In this document: in pieces, positions 54,509 through 64,000 of the stretch
How the letters are laid out: every line of letters begins with the position of its first letter
How positions within the stretch are numbered: position 1 is the first letter of the stretch
Origin: an uncultured Pelagibacteraceae bacterium
GTDB taxonomy: Bacteria; Pseudomonadota; Alphaproteobacteria; Pelagibacterales; Pelagibacteraceae
Length of the DNA stretch: 64,000 nt
Assembly (NCBI GenBank): GCA_902595465.1
Contig: CACJQE010000004.1
Span: 20,350-84,349 of the forward strand
Direction of reading: 5' to 3'
Notes under the pieces: generated by a model
The model's database searches: none
The model's input: only the letters and a program-made list of their open reading frames with translations
Told to the model about the DNA's origin: nothing
Translations under genes and position numbers: made by a program

Positions 54509-55224
54509 AGTCTAGACTAGGTGTTAACGTAGATCATATTGCAACATTAAGAAACGCAAGAGGCGAAGGTCATCCTAATCCTATTTCATACGCAAGACAA
54601 GTTATGAATTTTGGTGCAAATTCTATTACTATTCATTTAAGAGAGGATCGAAGACATATTCGAGATGAAGACGTAGCTATATTTTCAAAAATTAAAAGAA
54701 TCCCAATAAATTTAGAAATGGCTGCTAACAATGAAATGCTTAAAATTGCATTAAAATACAAACCTAATTTTGTTTGCATAGTTCCTGAAAAAAGAAATGA
54801 AATAACAACAGAAGGAGGTTTAAATATCACAAAAAACAAAAAAATAATTAAAAAAGTAATTAGTAAATTAAATTCAATAAAAATTAGAACAAGTCTTTTC
54901 ATCAATCCAAATATTAAAGATGTTTTTGCATCAAAAGAATTAAATGCAAAATGCGTCGAACTTCATACAGGAAAATTTGCTTTAAAAGTTAAAAATAATA
55001 AAAATTATTTAGTCGAGTTCAAAAAAATAAAAAATTGTGCTTCGTTAGCAAAAAAACTAGGAATGGAAGTTCATGTAGGTCATGGCTTAGATTATAAATC
55101 AACTAAAATTTTAAGAAAGATTAAATCTATAGAGGAATTTAATATTGGACATTTTATAATAGGAGAGTCCATCATGTTTGGTATGAAAAAAGTAATAAGT
55201 AATTTTAGAAAAATATTAAATTAA
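54505..55224 (+). CDS. pdxJ: Pyridoxine 5'-phosphate synthase
   Basis: LGVNVDHIATLRNAR, HLREDRRHI, ELHTG, NIGH. Confidence 0.98.
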   Translation: MKSRLGVNVDHIATLRNARGEGHPNPISYARQVMNFGANSITIHLREDRRHIRDEDVAIFSKIKRIPINLEMAANNEMLKIALKYKPNFVCIVPEKRNEITTEGGLNITKNKKIIKKVISKLNSIKIRTSLFINPNIKDVFASKELNAKCVELHTGKFALKVKNNKNYLVEFKKIKNCASLAKKLGMEVHVGHGLDYKSTKILRKIKSIEEFNIGHFIIGESIMFGMKKVISNFRKILN

Positions 55225-55610
55225 TGATAATTGGTAACGGTGTTGATATTATTGATAATAAGAGAATAGAAAGATCTTTAAAAATTAAAGGTTTTAAAAA
55301 AAGACTTTTTACATTGAATGAAATTAACCAATCAAAAAAATATAGAAACAAAATAAATTATTTTGCGAAAAGATTTGCTGCTAAAGAAGCTTTTGTTAAA
55401 TCAATAGGTATAGGCTTTAGAAATAATATAAATTTTAATGATATTGAAATATACAATAATAAAAAAGGATCTCCTAAAATCAAAATTTCACAGAAAATAA
55501 AAGATATATTAATAAAAAAATTTAAAATAAAAAATTACGATATACATCTTTCACTTTCAGATGAAAAAAACCACTCAATTGCATTCGTTATTTTGAATAA
55601 AAAAAAATGA
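55224..55610 (+). CDS. acpS: Holo-ACP synthase
   Basis: GVDII, RFAAKEAFVK, HLSLSDE. Confidence 0.97.
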   Translation: MIIGNGVDIIDNKRIERSLKIKGFKKRLFTLNEINQSKKYRNKINYFAKRFAAKEAFVKSIGIGFRNNINFNDIEIYNNKKGSPKIKISQKIKDILIKKFKIKNYDIHLSLSDEKNHSIAFVILNKKK

Positions 55611-56335
55611 AAAATTTCATAATTGATAATACTAAAACATTATTTTATGCATTAATAATTGCGGTGTTCATAAGATCAATATTAATTCAGCCATTTTATA
55701 TACCATCATCATCAATGGAAACTAACCTATTAGTAGGCGACAGATTGTTTGTTACAAAGTTTTCTTACGGATATAGCAAACATTCATTTCCTTTTAGTCC
55801 TCCTATTTTTAAAGGACGTATATTAAATAAAAACCCTAAAAGAGGAGATGTTATAGTCTTTAAAACACCTGCTGATAATCGTACAGATTATATTAAAAGA
55901 TTGATTGGTTTACCTGGCGATACAATACAGTTTATTGACGGCGATTTATATATAAACTCAAATCAAGTATTAAAAACAATTAAAAGCAAAAATGATAAGT
56001 TATATTGCGGATCATCCCAAATTAATGTCAATATATTTGAAGAAAAACTTCCAAATGGAAAAAGTTATTTAGCAGCATATAGAACCGATGTAACATTTTC
56101 TAATTCAGATAAATACATTGTTCCTGAAAATCATTATTTTTTCTTAGGTGACAATAGAGATTGTTCTAAAGACAGTAGATTCCTATCCGAGGTCGGTTAT
56201 GTCAATCAAAATAATTTAGTTGGAAAAGCTCGAATTTTATTTTTTTCATCGAATCCAAGGAAAGGAAGTATTTTTAATATTTTCAAATGGAATGAAATAG
56301 TTCGATTTGAAAGATTTTTTAATAAAATAATTTAA
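55607..56335 (+). CDS. lepB: Signal peptidase I
   Basis: IPSSSM, YIKRLIGLPGD, GDNRDCSKDSR. Confidence 0.97.
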   Translation: MKNFIIDNTKTLFYALIIAVFIRSILIQPFYIPSSSMETNLLVGDRLFVTKFSYGYSKHSFPFSPPIFKGRILNKNPKRGDVIVFKTPADNRTDYIKRLIGLPGDTIQFIDGDLYINSNQVLKTIKSKNDKLYCGSSQINVNIFEEKLPNGKSYLAAYRTDVTFSNSDKYIVPENHYFFLGDNRDCSKDSRFLSEVGYVNQNNLVGKARILFFSSNPRKGSIFNIFKWNEIVRFERFFNKII

Positions 56336-56339
56336 ATAA

Positions 56340-57002
56340 ATGAAGTTAAACAAACTACAAAAGAAAATAGGTATTAGTTTCAAAGATGTTCAAATATTGA
56401 CACAAGCCTTAACACACAAAAGTTTTGATACAAAAAATAATTATGAAAAATTAGAATTTTTAGGTGATAGAGTTTTGGGATTTGTAATATCAAAGAAACT
56501 ACTAGAGTTATATCCAAAGGAAAAAGTTGGTATAATCGATAAAAAGCTTGCAAATTTAGTTAACAAAAATAAATGTTTTGAAGTTGGCAAGGAACTAGAG
56601 TTGGATAATTATATATTAACCGGAAACACTGAAAAGAAAAAAAAAGGAAATATAGAAAAGAAAATTATATCTGATTGTTGTGAATCATTAATTGGTGCAA
56701 TTTATATAGATAAAGGTTTTGAAGCTTCCTCTAAATTTATATTAAATTATTGGAAAAATTATTTAAACTTATCAGATATTACTGTGATTGACTCAAAAAC
56801 AAAATTACAAGAATACTCATTGAAGAAATTTAAAACTTTGCCGATATATAAACTTATTTCTAATACAGGGCCAAGACATAAACCAAATTTTAAAATCAGT
56901 GTAAAAATTAAGGATAGCAAAACAGTTATTGCAGACGGTAGTTCAAAAAAAAATGCAGAACAAGCTGCTGCTATGAAACTTTTAGAAACTATTAAAATAT
57001 AA
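56340..57002 (+). CDS. rnc: Ribonuclease III
   Basis: EKLEFLGDRVL, ESLIGAIY, C-terminal dsRBD. Confidence 0.98.
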   Translation: MKLNKLQKKIGISFKDVQILTQALTHKSFDTKNNYEKLEFLGDRVLGFVISKKLLELYPKEKVGIIDKKLANLVNKNKCFEVGKELELDNYILTGNTEKKKKGNIEKKIISDCCESLIGAIYIDKGFEASSKFILNYWKNYLNLSDITVIDSKTKLQEYSLKKFKTLPIYKLISNTGPRHKPNFKISVKIKDSKTVIADGSSKKNAEQAAAMKLLETIKI

Positions 57003-57682
57003 TGAATTGGCAAGACAAAGGTTATTTACTTTCAAAAAATAAATATAATGAAAATTCTATAATCTCTGAATTCTATACTGAAAATCATGGAAAAATTTCA
57101 GGAATTATTTTTGGCGGAACCTCAAAAAAAATAAAAAACTATTTATTAGAAGGTAATAAATTACATATAAATTTTAATTCAAAATCCCAAACAAAAATTG
57201 GTTCTTTAAAAATTGAAATAGATGAATTTAAAACTCCATACTTTTTAGAAGATAAGCAAAAACTACTTTGTATTATTTATTCAATGAATTTGATTAAAAT
57301 TTTAACAGTAGAGAACGAAAAAAATAGAGAGATTTATTTATTAATTGATAAATATTTTGAAATACTAAAAGATAAAGAGTGGTTATCAAAGTTTGTAAAT
57401 TGGGAATTAAACTTTTATAAATTAATTGGATATGACATAGATTTTAATGATTATGTAGAAGAAGTCTCTGAAGGAAATAAAATCAATTATAAACTAAAAA
57501 ATTCTGAAAAAATTATACCAAATTTTTTAGTAAATAAAGACGAAGCTGATATTAGTTTTGAAGATAGTTTTGATGCTTTAAAAATTGTAGGAGACTTTTT
57601 AGACAAAACAATAGTTAAACCAAATAATCTTAATTTTCCCAAAACAAGATTTAATTTTCAAAATTCTTTAAAATTAATCTAG
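57002..57682 (+). CDS. recO: DNA repair protein RecO
   Basis: MNWQDKG..L...KYNENS N-terminal OB fold, TENHG; position after rnc. Confidence 0.85.
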   Translation: MNWQDKGYLLSKNKYNENSIISEFYTENHGKISGIIFGGTSKKIKNYLLEGNKLHINFNSKSQTKIGSLKIEIDEFKTPYFLEDKQKLLCIIYSMNLIKILTVENEKNREIYLLIDKYFEILKDKEWLSKFVNWELNFYKLIGYDIDFNDYVEEVSEGNKINYKLKNSEKIIPNFLVNKDEADISFEDSFDALKIVGDFLDKTIVKPNNLNFPKTRFNFQNSLKLI

Positions 57683-58660
57683 TTTTATTTGATCAGCAAA
57701 ATACGTTATAATTGCATTTGCCCCAGCTCTTTTAAAAGAAACTAGGCTTTCGTATATCGATTTTTTATCTAATATATTCTTTGAAATTGCATTTTGTATC
57801 AGACTATATTCCCCTGATACTTGATATGCGATAACTGGAATTTTAAAATTATTCTTAACTTCTCTAATTATATCAAGATATGGCATTCCTGGTTTCACTA
57901 TAATCATATCTGCACCTTCTTTTATATCTAATGCAACTTCCCTTAATGATTCATAATTATTTTTAAAATCCATTTGATAGGTTTTCTTATCTCCCTTTAG
58001 TAGATTTTTTGATCCTACAGCATTTCTAAATGGCCCATAAAAACTTGATGCATATTTCACTGCATAAGATAAAATTTGAACATCTTTAAGATTATTTTTA
58101 TCTAAAGCTTTACGAATTTTTAAAACTCTACCATCCATCATATCTGAGGGTGCAATCACGTCACAACCCATTTTTGCTTGCAATATTGATTGTTTAATTA
58201 ATATTTCTAATGTTTCATCATTTAAAATTTCGTTTTTTCTAATTATTCCGTCATGTCCATGGGATGTATATGGATCTAATGCAACATCACACATTATTCC
58301 AATTTCATTTTTATAATTTTTTTTAATGAATTTTATTGCTTGGCAAACTAAATTATTTTCATTTAATGCTTCGTTTCCATATTCATCTTTTTTTTTTGGA
58401 TTTGTATAAGGAAATAATGCTACCATCGGTATTCCCAATTTTAATGCTTTATCAACTACACCTTTTATTTTATCAATAGAATACCTAAATACATTTGGCA
58501 TTGAATTGATTGGAACCTTTTTAGCTTTACCATCAGTAAGAAAGATAGGTAAAATAAAATCATTATAAGACAAATCATTATCTTGAACCAATCTTCTAGA
58601 CCAAACAAATTTTCTTGATCTTCTCAATCTTAAATTAGGATAGCTACCTGTGATAATCAT
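57674..58660 (-). CDS. hemB: Porphobilinogen synthase (Asp-rich, Zn-independent type)
   Basis: DVALDPYTSHGHDG, PSDMMDGR, YASSFYGPFR, VKPG, YQVSGEY; ATG 58660. Confidence 0.98.
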   Translation of the reverse strand: MIITGSYPNLRLRRSRKFVWSRRLVQDNDLSYNDFILPIFLTDGKAKKVPINSMPNVFRYSIDKIKGVVDKALKLGIPMVALFPYTNPKKKDEYGNEALNENNLVCQAIKFIKKNYKNEIGIMCDVALDPYTSHGHDGIIRKNEILNDETLEILIKQSILQAKMGCDVIAPSDMMDGRVLKIRKALDKNNLKDVQILSYAVKYASSFYGPFRNAVGSKNLLKGDKKTYQMDFKNNYESLREVALDIKEGADMIIVKPGMPYLDIIREVKNNFKIPVIAYQVSGEYSLIQNAISKNILDKKSIYESLVSFKRAGANAIITYFADQIKLD

Positions 58661-58683
58661 TATCAATTAATTTTTTTGATGCG

Positions 58684-58712
58684 ACAATAGTAATATTTAA
58701 TATAATAGTCTA
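58684..58712 (-). promoter_or_regulatory. Putative sigma70 promoter of hemB
   Basis: Minus strand TAGACT (58712-58707), 17 nt, TATTGT (58689-58684). Confidence 0.4.
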
Positions 58713-58730
58713 TAAGATAGTAGAGCACCG

Positions 58731-59321
58731 ATGTCACAATTATTCAATGATTTTCAAAAACAAGACGTAAAATTTGATATCATAAAGTTAAAACAAGCTT
58801 GCGATGAAGTATTAAAAATAAAAGGTTTTGATACAAGTCTTGGAATACCTCACTTCGCCGGCATACCTTTAAATCAAATTCCAGGTGATCCAGATTCTGT
58901 TAAAGGAAATAATGTAAGAGGTATTTATTGGACTAAACCAGATAGTACAGGTGTTGAGGTACAGAGGGAAAGTAAAATTGATGAACATAAATATACAGAA
59001 TTTGTTGATGATTTTAAAAATACTTATTTCAAAGAAGTTTATGATCAATTAACAAAAAAGTATAAATTAGGTAGGATGAGACTTCTTCTTAAAGAACCAA
59101 GATCAACATTGAGTTGGCATAGAGATCCTGAGCCAAGGCTTCATATACCTATATATACAAATCCGGGTGCAATAATGGTCGTTGATAATGTTGCAAAACA
59201 TATGCCAGCAGATGGCTCTGTTTGGATTACTAATAATACTAAATATCATAATGCATTTAATGGAGGTGAAGAAAATAGAGTTCACCTTGTTGCATGTGTT
59301 TTAAATTACAAATTTAATTAA
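58731..59321 (+). CDS. Aspartyl/asparaginyl beta-hydroxylase-like 2OG-Fe(II) oxygenase
   Basis: HxD..H triad (WHRD, YHNA), RLHIPI.TNP, distal Arg in ENRVHLV. Confidence 0.8.
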   Translation: MSQLFNDFQKQDVKFDIIKLKQACDEVLKIKGFDTSLGIPHFAGIPLNQIPGDPDSVKGNNVRGIYWTKPDSTGVEVQRESKIDEHKYTEFVDDFKNTYFKEVYDQLTKKYKLGRMRLLLKEPRSTLSWHRDPEPRLHIPIYTNPGAIMVVDNVAKHMPADGSVWITNNTKYHNAFNGGEENRVHLVACVLNYKFN

Positions 59322-59322
59322 A

Positions 59323-59748
59323 TTGAAAAAAATTTTTATTGCCTCAGATCATGGTGGATTTAATTTAAAGACGAGTATTTTAAAATTTTTGAATAAAAAT
59401 TATGACATAAAAGATTTAGGACCAAAACAAAATAAGAAGTCTGTTGATTATCCTGATTTTGCTCATAAACTTTGTAAACAAGTGGCGAAAAATAAGAAAC
59501 ATGTAGGAATACTTGTATGTGGTTCAGGAGTGGGAATGTCTATTGCCGCAAACAAAAATAAGGGAATACGAGCAGCTTTATGCTATTCAGTAAAAAATGC
59601 CAAATTATCGCGATTGCATAATGATGCAAATGTTATAACATTAGGAGAAAGGCTAATAAAAAAAACAGTTGCCTTAAAGTGTGTTGAAAACTTTCTAAAA
59701 ACTGAGTTTGAAGGTGGAAGACATATAAAAAGAATTAAAAAAATATAG
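59323..59748 (+). CDS. rpiB: Ribose-5-phosphate isomerase B (TTG start)
   Basis: ASDHGG, VDYPDFA, CGSGVGM, HNDANV, FEGGRH. Confidence 0.97.
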   Translation: MKKIFIASDHGGFNLKTSILKFLNKNYDIKDLGPKQNKKSVDYPDFAHKLCKQVAKNKKHVGILVCGSGVGMSIAANKNKGIRAALCYSVKNAKLSRLHNDANVITLGERLIKKTVALKCVENFLKTEFEGGRHIKRIKKI

Positions 59749-59756
59749 GAAAGTAA

Positions 59757-61067
59757 ATGTCCAGTGAAAAAAAATATTTAAACACTCAATATGAAAATTT
59801 TTTTGAGAAAAAATTGTCTGAAGCTGATCCAGAAATATTTGATGCTGTAAATAAAGAATTAATCAGACAACAAAATCATATCGAATTAATCGCGTCAGAA
59901 AACATAGTATCACAAGCTGTTTTAGAGGCACAAGGCTCAGTACTAACAAATAAATATGCTGAAGGTTATCCAGGTAAAAGATATTATAATGGTTGCGAAC
60001 ACGTTGATGTTGCTGAGTCACTTGCTAACGATAGATTAAAAAAACTCTTTAATTGTAAATTTGCGAATTCACAACCTCATTCTGGTGCACAAGCTAACGG
60101 AGCAGTGTTTTTAGCATTATTAAAGCCAGGTGATACTTTTATGGGAATGAGTTTAAATTCTGGTGGCCATATTACTCATGGTCTTAAAATAGCAATGTCA
60201 GGCAAATGGTTTAATGCAATAAGCTACGATGTAGATAAAAACTCTGAATTAATCGACTATGATGAAGTTGAAAGATTAGCAATTGAAAATAAACCTAAAC
60301 TTATAATTGCTGGAGGTAGCGCATATTCTAGAGTTATTGATTTTAAAAGATTTAGAGAAATTGCTGATAAGGTTGGAGCATTCTTTATGGTAGATATGGC
60401 TCACTTTTCAGGTCTTGTTGCTGGTAAAGGTTATCCAAATCCTCTTGATCATGCTCATGTCGTTACATCTACAACTCATAAAGTTTTTAGAAGTGCCAGA
60501 GGTGGAATTATTTTAACAAATCACGAAGATATTTATAAAAAAATTAATACAGCTGTATTTCCTGGTTATCAGGGTGGCCCTCTTATGCATATAATAGCAG
60601 CAAAAGCAGTTGGATTTAAAGAAGCATTAGAACCTTCTTTCAAAGAATATATATCTAATGTTTTAGCTAATGCAAAAATTCTCGCAGAAACATTAAAAAC
60701 AAATGGTTTTAAGATTTATTCTGGAGGAACAGATACTCATTTAATGTTGGTAGATTTAAGACCCTTTGGTGTCAAAGGCAATGCTGCAGCTGAAAGTTTA
60801 TCAAGAGCCAATATAACATGTAATAAAAATGGAATTCCTTTTGATACAGAAAGTCCAATGGTTACTTCTGGTATAAGACTAGGATCTCAGGCTGCAACTA
60901 CTAGAGGTTTTGGTTTAAATGAATTTAAAATTGTTGGTGAACTAATTACTAAAGTAATTAAAGGTTTGTCATCAAACCCTGACGATAATAAAAAAATAGA
61001 AGACGAAGTAAGAAAAGAAGTTGTTGATTTATGTTCAAATTTCCCAATTTATAAAAATTTGGGATAA
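59757..61067 (+). CDS. glyA: Serine hydroxymethyltransferase
   Basis: [28 protein letters not shown] lysine. Confidence 0.99.
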   Translation: MSSEKKYLNTQYENFFEKKLSEADPEIFDAVNKELIRQQNHIELIASENIVSQAVLEAQGSVLTNKYAEGYPGKRYYNGCEHVDVAESLANDRLKKLFNCKFANSQPHSGAQANGAVFLALLKPGDTFMGMSLNSGGHITHGLKIAMSGKWFNAISYDVDKNSELIDYDEVERLAIENKPKLIIAGGSAYSRVIDFKRFREIADKVGAFFMVDMAHFSGLVAGKGYPNPLDHAHVVTSTTHKVFRSARGGIILTNHEDIYKKINTAVFPGYQGGPLMHIIAAKAVGFKEALEPSFKEYISNVLANAKILAETLKTNGFKIYSGGTDTHLMLVDLRPFGVKGNAAAESLSRANITCNKNGIPFDTESPMVTSGIRLGSQAATTRGFGLNEFKIVGELITKVIKGLSSNPDDNKKIEDEVRKEVVDLCSNFPIYKNLG

Positions 61068-61073
61068 TGAATT

Positions 61074-61532
61074 ATGATTTGTCCCTGTGATAAAAAAGGT
61101 GAAACATCAGTTGTAGATTCTAGACCTACTGAAGATGGAACAGCTATAAGAAGAAGGAGGCTTTGTAGCTGTGGACAGAGATTTACTACATTTGAAAGAG
61201 TTCAATTTCGTGAGCTAACAATTGTAAAAAAAAATGGAAGAAAATCACCATTTGATAGAGATAAACTGTCTAAATCCATTTATGTAGCTCTAAAAAAAAG
61301 ACCTCTTGATACTGAAACAGTAGAAAAATTTATTTCTAAAATTTCACGATCACTAGAAGAATTTGGTCAAAGTGAAATTTCTTCGAACACAATAGGCACA
61401 ATGGTAATGGACGGATTAAAAGAATTGGACCCGGTAGCTTATGTAAGATTTGCATCAGTATATAGAAATTTTAGAGAAGAAAAAGACTTCGTTCAATTTG
61501 TTGATAAAATCGATGTCTTTAAGAAAAGATAA
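61074..61532 (+). CDS. nrdR: Transcriptional repressor NrdR
   Basis: VVDSR, IRRRR, RFTTFE, ATP cone, [10 protein letters not shown]. Confidence 0.97.
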   Translation: MICPCDKKGETSVVDSRPTEDGTAIRRRRLCSCGQRFTTFERVQFRELTIVKKNGRKSPFDRDKLSKSIYVALKKRPLDTETVEKFISKISRSLEEFGQSEISSNTIGTMVMDGLKELDPVAYVRFASVYRNFREEKDFVQFVDKIDVFKKR

Positions 61533-62607
61533 ATCATCAGAAAAAAATAAAGCATTTATGAGATTGGCACTAGAACTTGCCAATCAAAATAAAGGACTAA
61601 CAGGACTAAATCCATCGGTTGGATGTGTAGTAACACACAAAGATGAAATCATTTCTTACGGAAAGACATATATTAAAGGTAGACCTCATGCTGAAGTAGT
61701 AGCCTTAAAAAATAATAAAATAAATTTCAAAAATTCAAATATGTATGTAACATTAGAACCCTGTATCCATTATGGAAAAACACCCCCTTGTACAAACATG
61801 ATTATAAAAAAGAAGATTAAATTAGTTAATTATTCGATTGAAGATTTTGATAAACGAACAGCAAAAAAAACAAAAAGTGTTTTAAAAAAAAATAATATTT
61901 TGGCTAAAATTGGTTTAATTAAAAATGAGGCAAATCATTTTTACAAAGATTATAAATTCTCAAAATTTAATGATATTCCATACGTTACTGGAAAATTAGC
62001 TGTTTCTAAGAATAATAGAATTTATTTATTTAAAAAAAAAATTACAAATGAACATTCTCATAAAGTGTCTCATTTATTAAGATATAGAAATCAAGCAATT
62101 TTAACATCTTATAAAACTATTAACTCTGACAATCCTGATTTAAATTGTAGAATTCAAGGTTTAGAAAAGTTTTCACCAGTAAAATTTATTATTGATAAAG
62201 ATTTAAAAACTAAAATAAATTCCAAAATTTTAAAACCTAGCTCAAATAAAACTTATATTTTTCATAATAAAAAAGATAAAAATATTATTAATAAATTTAA
62301 GAATAAAAATGCAAAACTTATTTTTATGAAAATAGAAAATAATAGTTTTGATTTAAATACAATTTTAAAAAAAGTATATTCATTAGGTTATGCAAATGTA
62401 TTACTTGAGTCAGGTCCAAATCTTTTAAAATCCTTTTTAAACAACAATTTAATAAATGATTTCTATTTATTCAAAGCTGATAATAAAATTAATTTAAAAA
62501 ATACGGTCGCTTTGAATTCTTTTATTGATTTATTGTCTAAAAAATTTAAAAAAAGATCGCAAATTAATACTTTTTTAGATAAAGAAAAACTTTTTAGGTA
62601 TCAATAA
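61513..62607 (+). CDS. ribD: Bifunctional riboflavin deaminase/reductase RibD
   Basis: [32 protein letters not shown]; start inferred at ATG 61513. Confidence 0.95.
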   Translation: MSLRKDKSSEKNKAFMRLALELANQNKGLTGLNPSVGCVVTHKDEIISYGKTYIKGRPHAEVVALKNNKINFKNSNMYVTLEPCIHYGKTPPCTNMIIKKKIKLVNYSIEDFDKRTAKKTKSVLKKNNILAKIGLIKNEANHFYKDYKFSKFNDIPYVTGKLAVSKNNRIYLFKKKITNEHSHKVSHLLRYRNQAILTSYKTINSDNPDLNCRIQGLEKFSPVKFIIDKDLKTKINSKILKPSSNKTYIFHNKKDKNIINKFKNKNAKLIFMKIENNSFDLNTILKKVYSLGYANVLLESGPNLLKSFLNNNLINDFYLFKADNKINLKNTVALNSFIDLLSKKFKKRSQINTFLDKEKLFRYQ

Positions 62608-63201
62608 ATGTTTAATGGAATAATTTTTAACAAAGGTAAAATTACAAATATTACCAAAAGAGCTAAAGGAATAAACGTCTTTATCAAGTCAAAATTAAAA
62701 TTAACTAATAAGCAATTAGGTATATCTATTTCCTGTGATGGTGTCTGCCTAACATTAATATCATATAAAAAAGGTATATCTGAATTTTATTTATCAAATG
62801 AGACAATTAGAAAATCAAAATTTAAGAAATCTAATGTTGGTGATTATGTTAATTTAGAACTACCTTTAAAGTATGGACAAAATATTTCTGGTCATATTTG
62901 TCAAGGTCATATTGATACAGTAAGCAAAGTTACAAATTTAACAACAGTAGATAAATCTACAATTTACGAATTTAGTATTAATAAAAAATTTCATAATTTT
63001 TTAGTTGAGAAAGCATCAATCTTGATAAATGGTGTATCTTTAACCATAGCCAAGATAAAGAAGAATAAATTTGAAATTTGGGTTATCCCGCATACACTAA
63101 AACTTACAAATTTAGCAAACATTAAAAAGAATGATTTAGTTAATATTGAAATTGATATTTTATCTAAATATGTAAAAAAATTTAATAATGATAAAAAATA
63201 A
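62608..63201 (+). CDS. ribE: Riboflavin synthase (alpha chain)
   Basis: MFNGII, DGVCLT, GHICQGHID, NGVSLT, VNIEID. Confidence 0.96.
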   Translation: MFNGIIFNKGKITNITKRAKGINVFIKSKLKLTNKQLGISISCDGVCLTLISYKKGISEFYLSNETIRKSKFKKSNVGDYVNLELPLKYGQNISGHICQGHIDTVSKVTNLTTVDKSTIYEFSINKKFHNFLVEKASILINGVSLTIAKIKKNKFEIWVIPHTLKLTNLANIKKNDLVNIEIDILSKYVKKFNNDKK

Positions 63202-64000
63202 ATTTAGCCCAATAGAAAAGATTATTTCTATCTCAAAAAAAGGAGGAATGTATATTCTTGTTGACGATGAAAATAGAGAAAATGAGGGGGATTTAGTATT
63301 TAATGCTAGTGATGTTAATTCTAAAAAAATTAACTTTATGGCGAAAAACGGCAGAGGTTTAATTTGTTTAACACTAAATAAAAATCAAGCAAATAAACTT
63401 GGGCTAACATTTATGGCTCCTGTTAATCAATCGAGAAATCAAACAGCCTTTACCATTTCAATAGAGGCTAAGAAGGGTATATCTACTGGTATTTCAGCTA
63501 AAGACCGCTCAAGAACAATAAAAGTTGCTACAAAAAAAAATGTATTAAAAAATGAAATAGTTTCCCCTGGTCACGTATTTCCAATTATTTCTCGAGAAGG
63601 AGGCGTACTAGTTAGAGCCGGTCATACAGAAGCATCTGTAGACATAGCTAGACTTGGTAACAAAATTCCAGCTGCTGTAATATGTGAGATTATGAATGAA
63701 GATGGTTCGATGGCAAAAGGTGATGACCTATTAAAATTTGCAAGTAAACATAAACTTCATATTGCTAAAATTGAAGATTTAATTTCATACAGACTAAGAA
63801 AAGAAAATCTTATTAAATTAAAAAAAACATCTACAATTAATTTAAATAATCAAAAATTTAAAATTTATGTCTTTGAGAACTCAATTGATGGTTCTGAGCA
63901 TTTTGCATTAGTTAAGGGTAAAGTTAATAAAAGTAAATTACCGAGAGTAAGAGTGATTTCATCTAATGTAGTTCAAAATTATCTAATTAATCAAAAACTT
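63188..64000 (+). CDS. ribB: DHBP synthase fused to a degenerate GTP cyclohydrolase II-like domain (3'-truncated by window)
   Basis: Not in the ORF track; ATG 63188 gives MIKNKFSPIE..VDDENRENEGDL, PGHVFP, RAGHTEAS, CEIMNEDG; open to window end. Confidence 0.95.
   Translation, partial: MIKNKFSPIEKIISISKKGGMYILVDDENRENEGDLVFNASDVNSKKINFMAKNGRGLICLTLNKNQANKLGLTFMAPVNQSRNQTAFTISIEAKKGISTGISAKDRSRTIKVATKKNVLKNEIVSPGHVFPIISREGGVLVRAGHTEASVDIARLGNKIPAAVICEIMNEDGSMAKGDDLLKFASKHKLHIAKIEDLISYRLRKENLIKLKKTSTINLNNQKFKIYVFENSIDGSEHFALVKGKVNKSKLPRVRVISSNVVQNYLINQKL

Noticed and set aside
58676-58740. TGCGACA ... TGTCACA imperfect inverted repeat or possible riboswitch before the hydroxylase gene
   Set aside because: One mismatch, long spacer, second arm inside the CDS; I could not build a convincing aptamer fold.
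8272-59285. Remaining 60-120 aa ORFs nested in annotated genes (e.g. 12052-12330, 20252-20518, 53457-53819)
   Set aside because: Fully overlapped by confident CDSs, low-complexity F/L/I/S composition, no independent signals.

Overview
AT-rich, very compact bacterial chromosome segment. Protein sequences and gene order point to an alphaproteobacterium of the SAR11/Pelagibacterales type (inference, not a database match). Contents: 3' end of rpoB, rpoC, and a fused str-S10-spc-alpha ribosomal superoperon with no tuf and no rpmD. After it come an inserted secreted polysaccharide-lyase-like gene and housekeeping genes (rluC, lipB, mgtE, panC, galU, ugd, RidA family, topA, plsY, pyrC-like, pyrB, ruvX). 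Next are gatCAB followed by an O-methyltransferase, a frameshifted trhO and a MATE transporter; soxBDAG; a three-gene glycosylation cassette (GT2 plus two CDP-tyvelose-epimerase-like SDRs) beside tRNA-Ser(GCT); slt; dapA-smpB-folK-spoT-pyrE-pdxJ-acpS-lepB-rnc-recO; hemB; and a 2OG-Fe(II) hydroxylase heading rpiB-glyA-nrdR-ribD-ribE-ribB(X). No mobile element, CRISPR array or rRNA was seen. Best leads: (1) a TrmR-like methyltransferase paired with TrhO, a candidate mo5U34 tRNA wobble module, with a UUU-UGA +1 shift in trhO; (2) the GT2/twin-SDR cassette, in which one SDR lacks the catalytic Tyr and the divergent starts are 10 bp apart; (3) an apparent Cys-ligand swap in the second Zn site of RpoC; (4) the secreted lyase-like insertion after rplQ.
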